A stretch of DNA of 36,809 nucleotides from a virus. Its lineage: Duplodnaviria > Caudoviricetes. Shown here in pieces: positions 8,641-17,744 of the stretch (position 1 is the stretch's first letter; the number at the start of each line of letters is the position of its first letter). The notes under the pieces are model-generated. The model was not told the DNA's origin. It did no database searches and saw nothing but the letters and a program-made list of their open reading frames with translations. The translations under genes were made by a program, and so were the position numbers. The stretch spans positions 1-36,809 of IMG/VR virus record IMGVR_UViG_3300032218_000799; one strand, written 5' to 3'.

Positions 8641-10839
8641 GTGGTAGATGGATACAAGCATATTGCGGAACGTCCTAATGATCCTATTGGTCAACCAAAT
8701 GTTACTAGCGGAGCAACCTTTGTAAACACTTCTAATACTTACGATGTTGCCGTAGGTGGTATTCCATTTTTCTTAGGCATTAGCGAGAAGTATCCATACA
8801 AACGCGAGACTGCCCAATACCGTAAACAACAGATTGATATGCAGAAAGAACCAGGCGAGCAAACACTTACCTCATGGTGGCTTCGCTCTCAATCATCATT
8901 TCATTACGGTGCCGGTATTCGTTATGAAGAACCAATCCAAGGTGAAACAGTTACTTATCGTTTTAATAAATCAGCTGGTGTAGATGTATTTAATATTGGC
9001 AAAGTAACACTCCTTCCAGATGTTACCCTTTCACAAGCTGCTACCTATGTTCCAAAATTAATAGGCGGATATGATTCTGTAAATTCCAAAGATGTTTTGT
9101 TTCAAGCAGACGATGGAACCCTGACAAGAATTACATCAACAGGAAATACTACAGTTACTTGGGGTGGAACAGGTACCATATTTGATGTAGCTACCGATGG
9201 ACAATATTATTATGTTGCAAACGCCACAGCCATTTATCGTGGAACTCTTGCTGGCGGTACCGGAACGGCTATCTTTACCTATCCAGCAGCAATTGGCACC
9301 GTAACCAATGTAAAAATTGGTTGGGTAAAACAACGATTAATGGCTGGCGTTAACAATTACATTTATGAAGTTACCCCAATTACTTCATACACCGTCAATG
9401 CTGGTGAATTAAAAACAAATGTAGCCACACTTACAACAGCTACTGCTCACAATTTTACTGTAGGTTCTCAGGTCACAATTGCTTCTCTTGGCGCACCTTT
9501 TAACGGTACATTTTCAGTAAGCGCCGTTCCTTCTGCAACACAATTTTCTTATTACCATAATTATACAGATCAACAATTTGCCACAGGATTAGCTGGAACA
9601 GCTGTCTTAACAACCAATACAAGTTTACCTATTTATGCCCATCCAAATAGCAACTGGGTTTGGACTGGTATATGTGAAGGACCCAACGCAATTTATATGT
9701 CTGGTTACACAGGCAATACCAGCACAGTATTTCGTTTACTGTTAGATACATCAGGAGCAGTACCACTTCTTAGCAAAGCTTTAACAGCAGCGGATATGCC
9801 ATTAGGAGAATTGATCCATTCTATTGGTGCATATATTGGCAAGTATATGATTTTTGGTACCAATAAAGGTATCCGCGTAGGGCAGATTGATACCTCTGGT
9901 TACTTCAGTTCTGGTTACATTACCTATGGACCACTCATTGTAGTTACCAATGGTTACGATCCGGCAACTGGAACAAACCTTGCTGGTGGTCCATGTTACT
10001 CAATAACCTTTAATGATCGTTATGCTTACTGCACAATCAGCAACTACATTGATTCCGATGGTGCCGGAACCATGAAGTCTGGCTTAATTAAAATTGATTT
10101 AAGTCGTGATATTAGCATCAACCAAATGGCTTATGCCACACATCTACAAGTTCCAACAACTAACGATGCAGTTGCTGTGGCAGTATATGGTCGTAGCAAC
10201 AAGTTGGCAATTGGTGTTGCCGGTGTAGGAACTTACATCCAGTCAACCAACCTTGTATCTTCTGGCTATCTACAGACTGGTCTTGTCCGTTATCTTACCC
10301 TTGAAGATAAACATTTTAAGTTAATTAAATTGCTTGTCAAAAATCCAGTAGTTTCAAACATTAAAGTATCAACAGTACTTGATGATGGAACTGTTACAGA
10401 TGTAATCATTGCTGATCCCAACTTTGATTTAAGTTTAGATATTGCTACTAATCTACAGAAGGAACGTTCTTCTTTAGCTCTTAGATTTACCATATATCCA
10501 ACTGCTGATTTAAGTGGTGCTTCGGAGTTAAGTGGTTATCAACTCAAAGCCTTGCCAGCAGTACACCGTACTCGCATAATAACTTTGCCACTTCTCAACT
10601 TTGATTTTGAAGGCGATAGATACAACATGACCACAGGTTATGAAGGCAGGGCAGCAGAACGCTTGCTGTCAATTGAAACCCTTGAAGGACCAGGCAATGT
10701 TATTACCCTTCAAGATTTTACCAACAATGAAACAGTCCAAGGTGTAATTGAAGGTATTACTTTTGAACGCATGACTCCACCAGAACGTAGGTTCAAAGGT
10801 TTTGGCGGAATTATTTATCTACAATTCCGCACACTATAA
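8641..10839 (+). CDS. Putative tail nozzle (tail tubular protein B-like)
   Basis: 732 aa, beta-rich; AAGGAG RBS with GTG start; inserted AHNFTVGSQVTI..FNGTF domain; last gene before the lysis cassette. Confidence 0.6.
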   Translation: MVDGYKHIAERPNDPIGQPNVTSGATFVNTSNTYDVAVGGIPFFLGISEKYPYKRETAQYRKQQIDMQKEPGEQTLTSWWLRSQSSFHYGAGIRYEEPIQGETVTYRFNKSAGVDVFNIGKVTLLPDVTLSQAATYVPKLIGGYDSVNSKDVLFQADDGTLTRITSTGNTTVTWGGTGTIFDVATDGQYYYVANATAIYRGTLAGGTGTAIFTYPAAIGTVTNVKIGWVKQRLMAGVNNYIYEVTPITSYTVNAGELKTNVATLTTATAHNFTVGSQVTIASLGAPFNGTFSVSAVPSATQFSYYHNYTDQQFATGLAGTAVLTTNTSLPIYAHPNSNWVWTGICEGPNAIYMSGYTGNTSTVFRLLLDTSGAVPLLSKALTAADMPLGELIHSIGAYIGKYMIFGTNKGIRVGQIDTSGYFSSGYITYGPLIVVTNGYDPATGTNLAGGPCYSITFNDRYAYCTISNYIDSDGAGTMKSGLIKIDLSRDISINQMAYATHLQVPTTNDAVAVAVYGRSNKLAIGVAGVGTYIQSTNLVSSGYLQTGLVRYLTLEDKHFKLIKLLVKNPVVSNIKVSTVLDDGTVTDVIIADPNFDLSLDIATNLQKERSSLALRFTIYPTADLSGASELSGYQLKALPAVHRTRIITLPLLNFDFEGDRYNMTTGYEGRAAERLLSIETLEGPGNVITLQDFTNNETVQGVIEGITFERMTPPERRFKGFGGIIYLQFRTL

Positions 10840-10855
10840 AACAGGGAGAACTGCA

Positions 10856-11110
10856 ATGTCACCAGATACAGCCACTATCGTTTATTCTTATTTCTTTGTA
10901 GTAGCAGCTTTGCTTGGTGGGCTTGCTCTTATTGCTAAATACACGATTAGCAAACATACAGAAGAACTTAAAGATAAACTTTCCCGTATTGAATATGCGT
11001 TGTATAATGATGGCAAGACAGGACTTATTAACAAGGTTGAAGAACTGTTAGAAAATCAACAAAAAATCAAAATTGATGTAGAAGTTCTCAAAGCAAAGGC
11101 GGAACTATGA
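10856..11110 (+). CDS. Membrane protein of the lysis cassette (holin/antiholin-like)
   Basis: One TM segment then a coiled-coil-like region; GGGAG RBS; overlaps the endolysin start. Confidence 0.6.
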   Translation: MSPDTATIVYSYFFVVAALLGGLALIAKYTISKHTEELKDKLSRIEYALYNDGKTGLINKVEELLENQQKIKIDVEVLKAKAEL

Positions 11111-11676
11111 CCTATCCATTTATCCAAGCAAAACACTTTACCTCTGGACGTGGTGGCAAGAAGCCAATCCTCATTGTAATCCATACGATGGAAACCCCAG
11201 AGAACGAAGGACGGGCTGCTCAGGTAGCCAACTGGTTTGCCGGAGCCACCGCCCCACAAGCCAGCGCCCACTATATGGTAGATGATAAGCAGGTTCTTCA
11301 ATCAGTCAAAGATGAAGATACCGCTTGGGCCGTTGGAGACTTCCTTTTAAACCAGCAAAGCATCAGCATAGAACATGCCGGTACAGCCTCTCAGACCCCT
11401 GCCCAATGGGAAGATGATTACTCCAAGGCTGAACTAGCCCTTAGCGCCCGTTTAACGGCTGATTTAGCCCATAAATGGGGAATACCAGCAGTCAAATTAA
11501 CCCCTGCTCAGATCCTTGCTGGCAAATCTGGCTTCTGTGGTCATGCTGATATAACCGTAGCCAAGAAAGTAGCTGGTGGACACACAGATCCTGGACCCAA
11601 TTTCCCTTGGGTTGGGTATTTAAAATTAGTGAATGATATACTAAAATCAAAGGCAACACCAGTTGCCCATCCATAA
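11107..11676 (+). CDS. Endolysin, N-acetylmuramoyl-L-alanine amidase (Amidase_2)
   Basis: IVIHT, ASAHY, AWAVG, SISIEH, GH, HTDPG..FPW motifs. Confidence 0.92.
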   Translation: MTYPFIQAKHFTSGRGGKKPILIVIHTMETPENEGRAAQVANWFAGATAPQASAHYMVDDKQVLQSVKDEDTAWAVGDFLLNQQSISIEHAGTASQTPAQWEDDYSKAELALSARLTADLAHKWGIPAVKLTPAQILAGKSGFCGHADITVAKKVAGGHTDPGPNFPWVGYLKLVNDILKSKATPVAHP

Positions 11677-11686
11677 GGAGACAATT

Positions 11687-11941
11687 ATGGCACAGAAGTA
11701 TTTATTTAATATACCGCCTAAAATCTGGACAGTAGTGACATTTTGGTTTCATGTATTTATTGGTGGCGTTATGACCGAGTACGTCATCCACCACAACACC
11801 AACCTTCGCTCTTTGCTCAGCGCAGGTTCAGCAGCTTTGTTGCCTGTTGTTTACCGTTATTTGAATCCAGCTGATACTTTCCCATTGCCAAATCGTGGGT
11901 TGGTAGCTGCTGATACGGCAGTAAAAGATCCAACGCTTTAA
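11687..11941 (+). CDS. Putative holin
   Basis: Two hydrophobic segments; PVVYRYLNPAD..F motif; AAGGAG RBS. Confidence 0.65.
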   Translation: MAQKYLFNIPPKIWTVVTFWFHVFIGGVMTEYVIHHNTNLRSLLSAGSAALLPVVYRYLNPADTFPLPNRGLVAADTAVKDPTL

Positions 11942-11954
11942 TAGTTAAACAAAC

Positions 11955-11990
11955 AACCCCTGCCTTAACCGGCAGGGGTTTATTTTTTTT
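11955..11990 (+). terminator. Rho-independent terminator ending the late/lysis operon
   Basis: AACCCCTGCC-TTAACC-GGCAGGGGTT followed by a T-tract. Confidence 0.9.
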
Positions 11991-12134
11991 GCCCTTTTCC
12001 CCGTACTCGCTATCACCCTTGTCGCTCGTTTCGGTTTGGAGCGCACAGGCGCTCCCCATTATCGCACTCGCTTCGCTCGTAGTATAATCAATCTTCCCAT
12101 AGGAAAAGTATTTCGCGCTTCGGCGTGTCTTAAC

Positions 12135-12172
12135 TTGACAGCCTACGCTCACCCCAATGTTATCGTTCTCCT
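12135..12172 (+). promoter_or_regulatory. SigA-type promoter for the replication operon, probably leaderless
   Basis: TTGACA 12135-12140; TG-T-TATCGT (-10 at 12161-12166) 6 nt before ATG 12173; the 20-nt spacer is atypical. Confidence 0.55.
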
Positions 12173-12385
12173 ATGTCAGAAATAAAAGTTCAACATCGTT
12201 CGTTCAGTTCATTCACATCATGGCTACGTTGTGGCAAGGCTTGGCAACTAGAGCGTGGTATGCAAGCACCTTCGGAACCAGCATGGTGGTTTGTTGGTGG
12301 TTCTGCCTTTCACTTGGCAGCGGAAAAGTATCTACTACAGAAGTTTGATGGCACCAAAGATACTAAAGAAATCTTCCCATTCTAA
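12173..12385 (+). CDS. Cas4/RecB-like PD-(D/E)XK nuclease, N-terminal fragment
   Basis: HRSFSSFTSWLRCGKAW...GSAFHLAAE equals the S.S....C...G..(F)H N-terminal motif of PDDEXK_1/Cas4. Confidence 0.8.
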   Translation: MSEIKVQHRSFSSFTSWLRCGKAWQLERGMQAPSEPAWWFVGGSAFHLAAEKYLLQKFDGTKDTKEIFPF

Positions 12386-12386
12386 G

Positions 12387-12602
12387 ATGGCTAAGAACAT
12401 TTCTGATCTCAAAGCAACGCCAGGTAATGAAGCGGATTATCGCGGACTTGGCCCGATCCGAGTATGTCCATGTGGTTCAGACCTATGGAATGTCAAATGT
12501 AAATTTGATGAAGATAATGAAATAGGAATTTTTTTCTTAGATATTAACTGTGCATTGTGTGACAGTATCGCAACTGCACCTATACCAGAAAGCGAGTACT
12601 AA
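12387..12602 (+). CDS. Small Zn-ribbon protein
   Basis: CPCGS...CALCDS; ATG 1 nt after the upstream stop. Confidence 0.7.
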   Translation: MAKNISDLKATPGNEADYRGLGPIRVCPCGSDLWNVKCKFDEDNEIGIFFLDINCALCDSIATAPIPESEY

Positions 12603-12748
12603 TGTTTACTTTATGGGAAAAAATATTAATGAAAATTTATACGTGGTCATCTAATAAATTAGATCACATTTTCGTATGGGATGATGAATCGGATGATGCT
12701 GATTGGTTATGTCCTGAATGTTCAGATGAATTAGATAATGAGTGCTAA
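12602..12748 (+). CDS. 48-aa acidic mini-protein with CPEC (not in ORF track)
   Basis: TAATG overlaps at both ends. Confidence 0.55.
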   Translation: MFTLWEKILMKIYTWSSNKLDHIFVWDDESDDADWLCPECSDELDNEC

Positions 12749-12948
12749 TGGGGAAGCAAAGAGCTAAGATCATTAGCAAGATGGCTTTTGAAAAAGCTTT
12801 TGTTGAAGGCGAAGTTATCATGCGCCGGAATCTTGCAACACGCATCCAAGATGAGATTGACATTGAAGATAACGAAGATGTAAAGTCTGGACTCCTTAAA
12901 GCCAAAGAGATAGTTTACGGGAAAGTAGAAGTCAATGAGCCTGGATAA
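12748..12948 (+). CDS. Hypothetical protein
   Basis: MGKQRAKIISKMAFE...; coupled start. Confidence 0.6.
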   Translation: MGKQRAKIISKMAFEKAFVEGEVIMRRNLATRIQDEIDIEDNEDVKSGLLKAKEIVYGKVEVNEPG

Positions 12949-13606
12949 TATTTGGCAAGATGCTTTTACTACCACCATTGCTGAAATGGAAACCAAGTCT
13001 GGCACTAGCCCATTGGAATGGCGCAAAGCCGGTGCTGCAACTAAAGCCAATCCCGATAAAGAGAATGGCGTTTGGTGGGATGCTAATGGCAAGGAGATGT
13101 TTCTACAGTTTGTCAAAGTATGGGATGAAAGCAAATTTCAAATCTGGGAAACACCACATGGGATACCTGGTATTGAAATTGAATTTAACCAAATGTTTGG
13201 CGAGGTAGTTATCAAGGGTTTTGCCGATGCTATTGTTGTTACTCCTACTGGCGAGCTAGCCGTCATTGATTTTAAGACAGGCAAATCAACACCAGATACT
13301 TCTATGCAGCTTGGTGTATATGCTGCAATGATGGAGATGCAGTTTGACATTAAACCTACACGGGGTTTCTTCTACTCAGCTCGTAAAGCTGTGTTTGAAG
13401 AAGCGTGGGGTATGAATCTGTGGACCACACCAGTCCTTACAGAGATGTTTGCCCAATTTGAACGTGGATTAAAGGCAGAAATTTTTTTACCAAATATCGG
13501 TATGGCATGTAGCACTTGTGGCGTGAGGGAATATTGTTACGCTGTAGGTGGACAGTTGGCACAAATTTACGACCCATTAGCAAATATAAATAAAAAAGGA
13601 GAATGA
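12935..13606 (+). CDS. Cas4/RecB-like PD-(D/E)XK exonuclease, catalytic C-terminal part
   Basis: E...KGFAD...VIDFKTG, QLGVY and C-terminal CSTCGVREYC. Confidence 0.9.
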   Translation: MSLDNIWQDAFTTTIAEMETKSGTSPLEWRKAGAATKANPDKENGVWWDANGKEMFLQFVKVWDESKFQIWETPHGIPGIEIEFNQMFGEVVIKGFADAIVVTPTGELAVIDFKTGKSTPDTSMQLGVYAAMMEMQFDIKPTRGFFYSARKAVFEEAWGMNLWTTPVLTEMFAQFERGLKAEIFLPNIGMACSTCGVREYCYAVGGQLAQIYDPLANINKKGE

Positions 13607-13607
13607 A

Positions 13608-13985
13608 ATGGCAACAGAAGGAACAAAGTTCCAAGTCAACTTTAAGTTGGCTGACGGAACTCTTATCAATATCTATGCAACAACATCTGCTGAACTAGAG
13701 GCACAGTTAACAACTATCCAAGATACTGCAACACTCATTGGAGCAGTAGCTGGATCTCTTGGTTCACGTGGAAATGCAGCATCATATGTAGCAAATACAT
13801 TGGGCGCTGAAGTTGTTAGCGTAGCACCATCAGTACAAGCAAGCACACCACCTGATGGTCATTGTAAGCATGGTCAGCTGGTATGGCGTGAGTCCAAGCC
13901 AGGTGCGCCAAAGACTTGGAAGGGTTGGTTCTGTCCTTCGGAAAAAGGAACACCTGACCAATGCGAACCTAAGTTCTTGCGTTAA
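13608..13985 (+). CDS. Conserved replication-module protein with C-terminal Cys/His domain
   Basis: CKHG...WKGWFCP...QC; AAGGAG RBS. Confidence 0.7.
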   Translation: MATEGTKFQVNFKLADGTLINIYATTSAELEAQLTTIQDTATLIGAVAGSLGSRGNAASYVANTLGAEVVSVAPSVQASTPPDGHCKHGQLVWRESKPGAPKTWKGWFCPSEKGTPDQCEPKFLR

Positions 13986-13991
13986 TTAATC

Positions 13992-14819
13992 ATGCTGTCT
14001 CTACATCAGGCAGCAGCGAAAAGTACCAATGATTATGCACTATTGCCTGACCTATTCCCATCATTAGCAAATGAAGGGATTAGGTTTAGGCGTGGGCAAC
14101 TCACAATGATTGCCGGTCAACCTAATGCTGGCAAGTCTTTGTTAGCCCTATTTATGGCGGTGCAAATGAAGGTGCCCACGTTGTACATATCGGCGGATAC
14201 AGATGGTTACACAACTGCTATTCGTGCTGCAGCGATGGTTACTGGTCATAAGGTCGCAACAGTTGAAGATGCTTTTGCTAGCGGAACTGGACAAGATTTT
14301 TACGGTTCAGAACTTGAAAGCATTACTCATCTGAAGTTTGACTTTGCACCATCGCCAACACTTGATGAGATTGATCTCGCCATACGTGCCTATGCTGAAG
14401 CATATGGTGAACATCCACATATGATTATTGTTGATAACGCTATGAACGTTGTCTCGCTACATAATGATGAGTGGGCTGGTCTTAGAGAGATAGCTAAGGC
14501 CATGCACCATATAGCTCGTGAGACTCAAGCTGGTGTGCTATTGCTGCACCACACTACAGAGAATGAAGGAAAGCCGGATATTCCACCAGCTCGTAAGGCG
14601 ATCCAGGGCAAGATTGCCCAATTGCCGGAGATGATTATTACCGTTGCACTTGTGCCTTGGTCTGGTGAGTTTCGTATTGCTTGCGTTAAGAATCGTTTTG
14701 CCAAGAACAGCGCCGATGGTAGTCAGTTTGTAACTCTACATGCCGATGCTAGCAGGATGACGCTATATTCAAATCGGTTAGTTGTTGGTAACAATCAGCA
14801 TTGGAGCGATAATGAGTAG
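13992..14819 (+). CDS. dnaB: DnaB-like replicative helicase (RecA-fold domain)
   Basis: Walker A GQPNAGKS, Walker B IIVD, LLLHH, VKNRF arginine finger. Confidence 0.85.
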   Translation: MLSLHQAAAKSTNDYALLPDLFPSLANEGIRFRRGQLTMIAGQPNAGKSLLALFMAVQMKVPTLYISADTDGYTTAIRAAAMVTGHKVATVEDAFASGTGQDFYGSELESITHLKFDFAPSPTLDEIDLAIRAYAEAYGEHPHMIIVDNAMNVVSLHNDEWAGLREIAKAMHHIARETQAGVLLLHHTTENEGKPDIPPARKAIQGKIAQLPEMIITVALVPWSGEFRIACVKNRFAKNSADGSQFVTLHADASRMTLYSNRLVVGNNQHWSDNE

Positions 14820-15171
14820 CTACGGTAAGCGCAAAGGCAGTACGTTTGAAACAGGAGTTCTTAAGTGGCTACGATCCAAAGGGTTATTAGCCGAAAGATT
14901 AAGGCTCGCTGGTAAAGATGATGAAGGGGATATTGTATGTATGGTTGCAGGACAGCCATATGTATTTGAATTAAAGGCAACAGCTAAGATGGATCTGCCA
15001 CAGTTCTGGCGTGAAGCAACAACTGAGGCAGCCAACTATGCTAAGGCTAGAGGTATTAATCCAACGCCACCTGCATATGTTATTGTCAAAAGGCGGATGG
15101 CTACGTTGGATCAGTCTTGGGTAATACAAGATTTAAATCAATGGATTAAAACAAATGGGGGGATAGAATGA
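14812..15171 (+). CDS. Holliday junction resolvase-like PD-(D/E)XK nuclease
   Basis: KRKGSTFE, DEGDI, FELK motifs. Confidence 0.8.
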   Translation: MSSYGKRKGSTFETGVLKWLRSKGLLAERLRLAGKDDEGDIVCMVAGQPYVFELKATAKMDLPQFWREATTEAANYAKARGINPTPPAYVIVKRRMATLDQSWVIQDLNQWIKTNGGIE

Positions 15172-15329
15172 ACGAAACAATTATTGTAAACAATGACGCA
15201 GCATTGGTAAAGCGTTTGGATGAAGCTTGGGCCATTGTTGATAAACAGAAATTAGAACTTGCAGACTTAAAAGCACAGGTTAAAATCCTTAAAGAAGTTC
15301 TTAAAGAAGCTAACGATTATAGCTACTGA
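15168..15329 (+). CDS. 53-aa coiled-coil mini-protein (not in ORF track)
   Basis: MNETIIVNND...; ATGA and TGATG overlaps. Confidence 0.65.
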   Translation: MNETIIVNNDAALVKRLDEAWAIVDKQKLELADLKAQVKILKEVLKEANDYSY

Positions 15330-15700
15330 TGGATACTAAGCCTGATCTGGCTGTAGTTCTTGAACATTATGGCATAAGGATTTTGCACCGGCATGGTTGG
15401 ATACCTTGCAAATGCATCATCCATGATGATAGCCACGCAAGTGCAGCTTACAATTTGGACAAACAAAACTACCATTGTCTTGTTTGCAATATCTTTGGTG
15501 ATGTGTTTGAAGTAGTCGCCCATATGGAGAACATTAAGGAGTTTAGAGATGTTAAACGTAGAGCAGAAGAAATCGCTCACGGAAGCAGCAGAGAGGTATC
15601 ACGCCAATCTGACTCCAATGGCAGCCTCTTACCTAGAGGCGCGAGGAATAACAGAGGAAGTAGCAGTCAAGTACCTTCTTGGAAGCGTCGTGGAGCCTAG
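15329..15700 (+). CDS. DNA primase zinc-binding (CHC2) subunit
   Basis: CIIHDDSHASA...YHCLVC..GDVF. Confidence 0.88.
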   Translation: MDTKPDLAVVLEHYGIRILHRHGWIPCKCIIHDDSHASAAYNLDKQNYHCLVCNIFGDVFEVVAHMENIKEFRDVKRRAEEIAHGSSREVSRQSDSNGSLLPRGARNNRGSSSQVPSWKRRGA

Positions 15701-16184
15701 TGCTGGTCACGAACATTCAGTTGGTAGGTTGTCTATCCCATATCAAACACCTACTGGTGTGGTGGGTATGAAGTTCAGGACCATAGATGATACTCCGCCA
15801 AAGTATCTCTACCCTACGGGTCAGAAAGTGGGCTTGTTTAATGTCAATGACCTGCATATATTTAGCAACACTATTGCTATTTGTGAAGGGGAGATTGACA
15901 CAATTATTCTTTCAGGATTGGTGGGGATACCAGCGGTAGGCGTTGCAGGGGTATCGCAATGGAAGCCTTGGTTCCCAAAATTATTTGAAGGCTATGGGCG
16001 GATCTTTATCTTTGCAGATAATGATGTTAAAGAAGATGGGCGCAATCCTGGACAGGAGCTTGCTAAGAGGATCAAGGAAGATTTAGATCATGCTACGGTA
16101 GTTATGTTGCCGGACAATCAAGATGTAAACGATGTGTTCTTAGCCACAGGTAAAGAGTGGTTTAATGATAGAGTTAGCGTATGA
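15549..16184 (+). CDS. dnaG: DNA primase catalytic TOPRIM subunit
   Basis: YLEARGI, ICEGEIDT, FADND, DVND; own AAGGAG RBS at 15536-15541. Confidence 0.9.
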   Translation: MLNVEQKKSLTEAAERYHANLTPMAASYLEARGITEEVAVKYLLGSVVEPSAGHEHSVGRLSIPYQTPTGVVGMKFRTIDDTPPKYLYPTGQKVGLFNVNDLHIFSNTIAICEGEIDTIILSGLVGIPAVGVAGVSQWKPWFPKLFEGYGRIFIFADNDVKEDGRNPGQELAKRIKEDLDHATVVMLPDNQDVNDVFLATGKEWFNDRVSV

Positions 16185-16759
16185 CAACGATAGCTGCTAT
16201 TGAAGGACCTGATTGGGTCATCATTGGTGCAGATTCTATGTCATCTGGGGAAGATGGCTTTTCAATAGTCATTCCCGATGGGAAAATATTTATCAATAAC
16301 AATATAACTTTTGCCGGATGTGGGGCAGTTCGTGGCATAAATATTTTGCAGCATGATTTTGTACCACCGGCTATCAACACAGAAAATATTGACAAATATA
16401 TTACTCGCCAGCTGGTTCCTGCCATGCGTAGGACATTTATTGAAGCTGGTTATGAATTAAACAAGGCTGAGTCATCTGTTGAGAACGACAATATATGGAT
16501 CGTAGTTATCAAGGGTAAGGTTTATCGGATTGATTCTGACTATTCGTGGGAGCGTACAGCTGACAATATGTATGTGGCTGGTAGTGGTGAGAGGTTTGCA
16601 TTAGGTGCAATGTCAGCTTTGGCTAATGGCGTACTTGTGGATAATTACACCGAAGCTAGAAAAATTGTTAGTCAAGCGTTGCAAATAGCAAGCAAATACG
16701 ATTCATCTACTGGCGGAAAACTTACCATTCTTTTGATTGAGGAAAAGAAAAATGCCTAA
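16181..16759 (+). CDS. Ntn-hydrolase protease (HslV/proteasome beta-like)
   Basis: N-terminal TT, GADS, K, AG, GSGERFALGAM, D..TGG. Confidence 0.85.
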   Translation: MTTIAAIEGPDWVIIGADSMSSGEDGFSIVIPDGKIFINNNITFAGCGAVRGINILQHDFVPPAINTENIDKYITRQLVPAMRRTFIEAGYELNKAESSVENDNIWIVVIKGKVYRIDSDYSWERTADNMYVAGSGERFALGAMSALANGVLVDNYTEARKIVSQALQIASKYDSSTGGKLTILLIEEKKNA

Positions 16760-16946
16760 ACCAACATTTATGTATGGGCCTAAAGATGGCGCATTGGTGC
16801 CAGATATGTTATGGGTATTGGATATGATTGAAATGATTGAGCGCATTAAAGATGGTGAGATCATACATTGTTACGAAGTAAATCAAGAAGATAAGAATTA
16901 TTATTATGTAGGGCAATTCAAAAATACCAGAGCAGGGGGAGAGTAA
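16752..16946 (+). CDS. Hypothetical protein
   Basis: MPKPTFMYGPKDG...; GAGGA RBS. Confidence 0.6.
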   Translation: MPKPTFMYGPKDGALVPDMLWVLDMIEMIERIKDGEIIHCYEVNQEDKNYYYVGQFKNTRAGGE

Positions 16947-17326
16947 TGAGTGAACCAAGATATACAGATAGCGATTTTATTGTTAAACAACCTAGGGTTT
17001 CAAGTGTGCCAATTCAACGCGGAAAAGAACCAAATACTTATACAGATTCCACCTTTGCATCCGCAGTCTGGGAAGTGATGGATGAAATTGGCAACCTTCT
17101 CATCACGAAACAAAAGGATTACGGTCCAGGAAATATTAACCACGCTTTTGGTGGGCCTATCAATGGTATTCTTGTACGCATTGGTGATAAGTTTGAAAGG
17201 CTTAAAAATCTTTATCGTCATGGTAAAAAACCTGAACATGAGTCTGTTGAGGATTCATTTAAGGACATGGCTAATTACGCTGTTATTGCTCTAATGATTG
17301 AGCGAGGAAAATGGCCGAAGGAATAG
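16946..17326 (+). CDS. Nucleotide-modification-associated domain 1 (DUF1599-like) protein
   Basis: KQKDYG..NI...RIGDKFERLKNL...ESVEDSFKDMANYAVI. Confidence 0.8.
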   Translation: MSEPRYTDSDFIVKQPRVSSVPIQRGKEPNTYTDSTFASAVWEVMDEIGNLLITKQKDYGPGNINHAFGGPINGILVRIGDKFERLKNLYRHGKKPEHESVEDSFKDMANYAVIALMIERGKWPKE

Positions 17327-17460
17327 AAAAATTTATAGCTAAGATTGAAGCAGCTAAAACTGAACCACTTAATCCAAAAGATAGTGAATGGTTTGAAGGA
17401 TTTAATCAAGGCTTAGATTGGGCTATCCGAATACTTACAGGAGATAAGAGCGCATCGTGA
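17311..17460 (+). CDS. 49-aa hypothetical protein (not in ORF track)
   Basis: MAEGIEKFIAKIEAAK...EGFNQGLDWAIRIL; GAGG RBS; fills the gap. Confidence 0.6.
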   Translation: MAEGIEKFIAKIEAAKTEPLNPKDSEWFEGFNQGLDWAIRILTGDKSAS

Positions 17461-17744
17461 CTAGCTACGAAGCAAAGCGTAGAAGTAATTACAAAGTGCG
17501 TTACAAGATTAGCGTTGAAGAATATGAAGAATTGTTTGCTAAACAAGATGGCAAGTGTGCTATCTGTGAACAACCTGAAACATTAACTAAGGATGAAAAA
17601 GTGCATATGTTGGCGGTAGATCACAACCACGAAACTAAACAAGTGCGTGGTTTACTATGCATGAATTGCAATACTAGGCTTGGATATTTTGAGGGTAAGG
17701 GTTTACTTACTCGCATGGTTTCCTATCTTATGAGGCAGCTATGA
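17457..17744 (+). CDS. Endonuclease VII family protein
   Basis: QDGKCAIC...LAVDHNHET..VRGLLCMNCNTRLG. Confidence 0.92.
   Translation: MTSYEAKRRSNYKVRYKISVEEYEELFAKQDGKCAICEQPETLTKDEKVHMLAVDHNHETKQVRGLLCMNCNTRLGYFEGKGLLTRMVSYLMRQL

Noticed and set aside
12386-12934. Group I intron or intein interrupting the Cas4-like gene
   Set aside because: The gap is fully occupied by three coupled ORFs; no intron core elements, homing nuclease or intein termini were seen.
12935-13606. CRISPR-Cas system
   Set aside because: Stand-alone Cas4-like nucleases are common in phage replication modules; no other cas genes or array are present.
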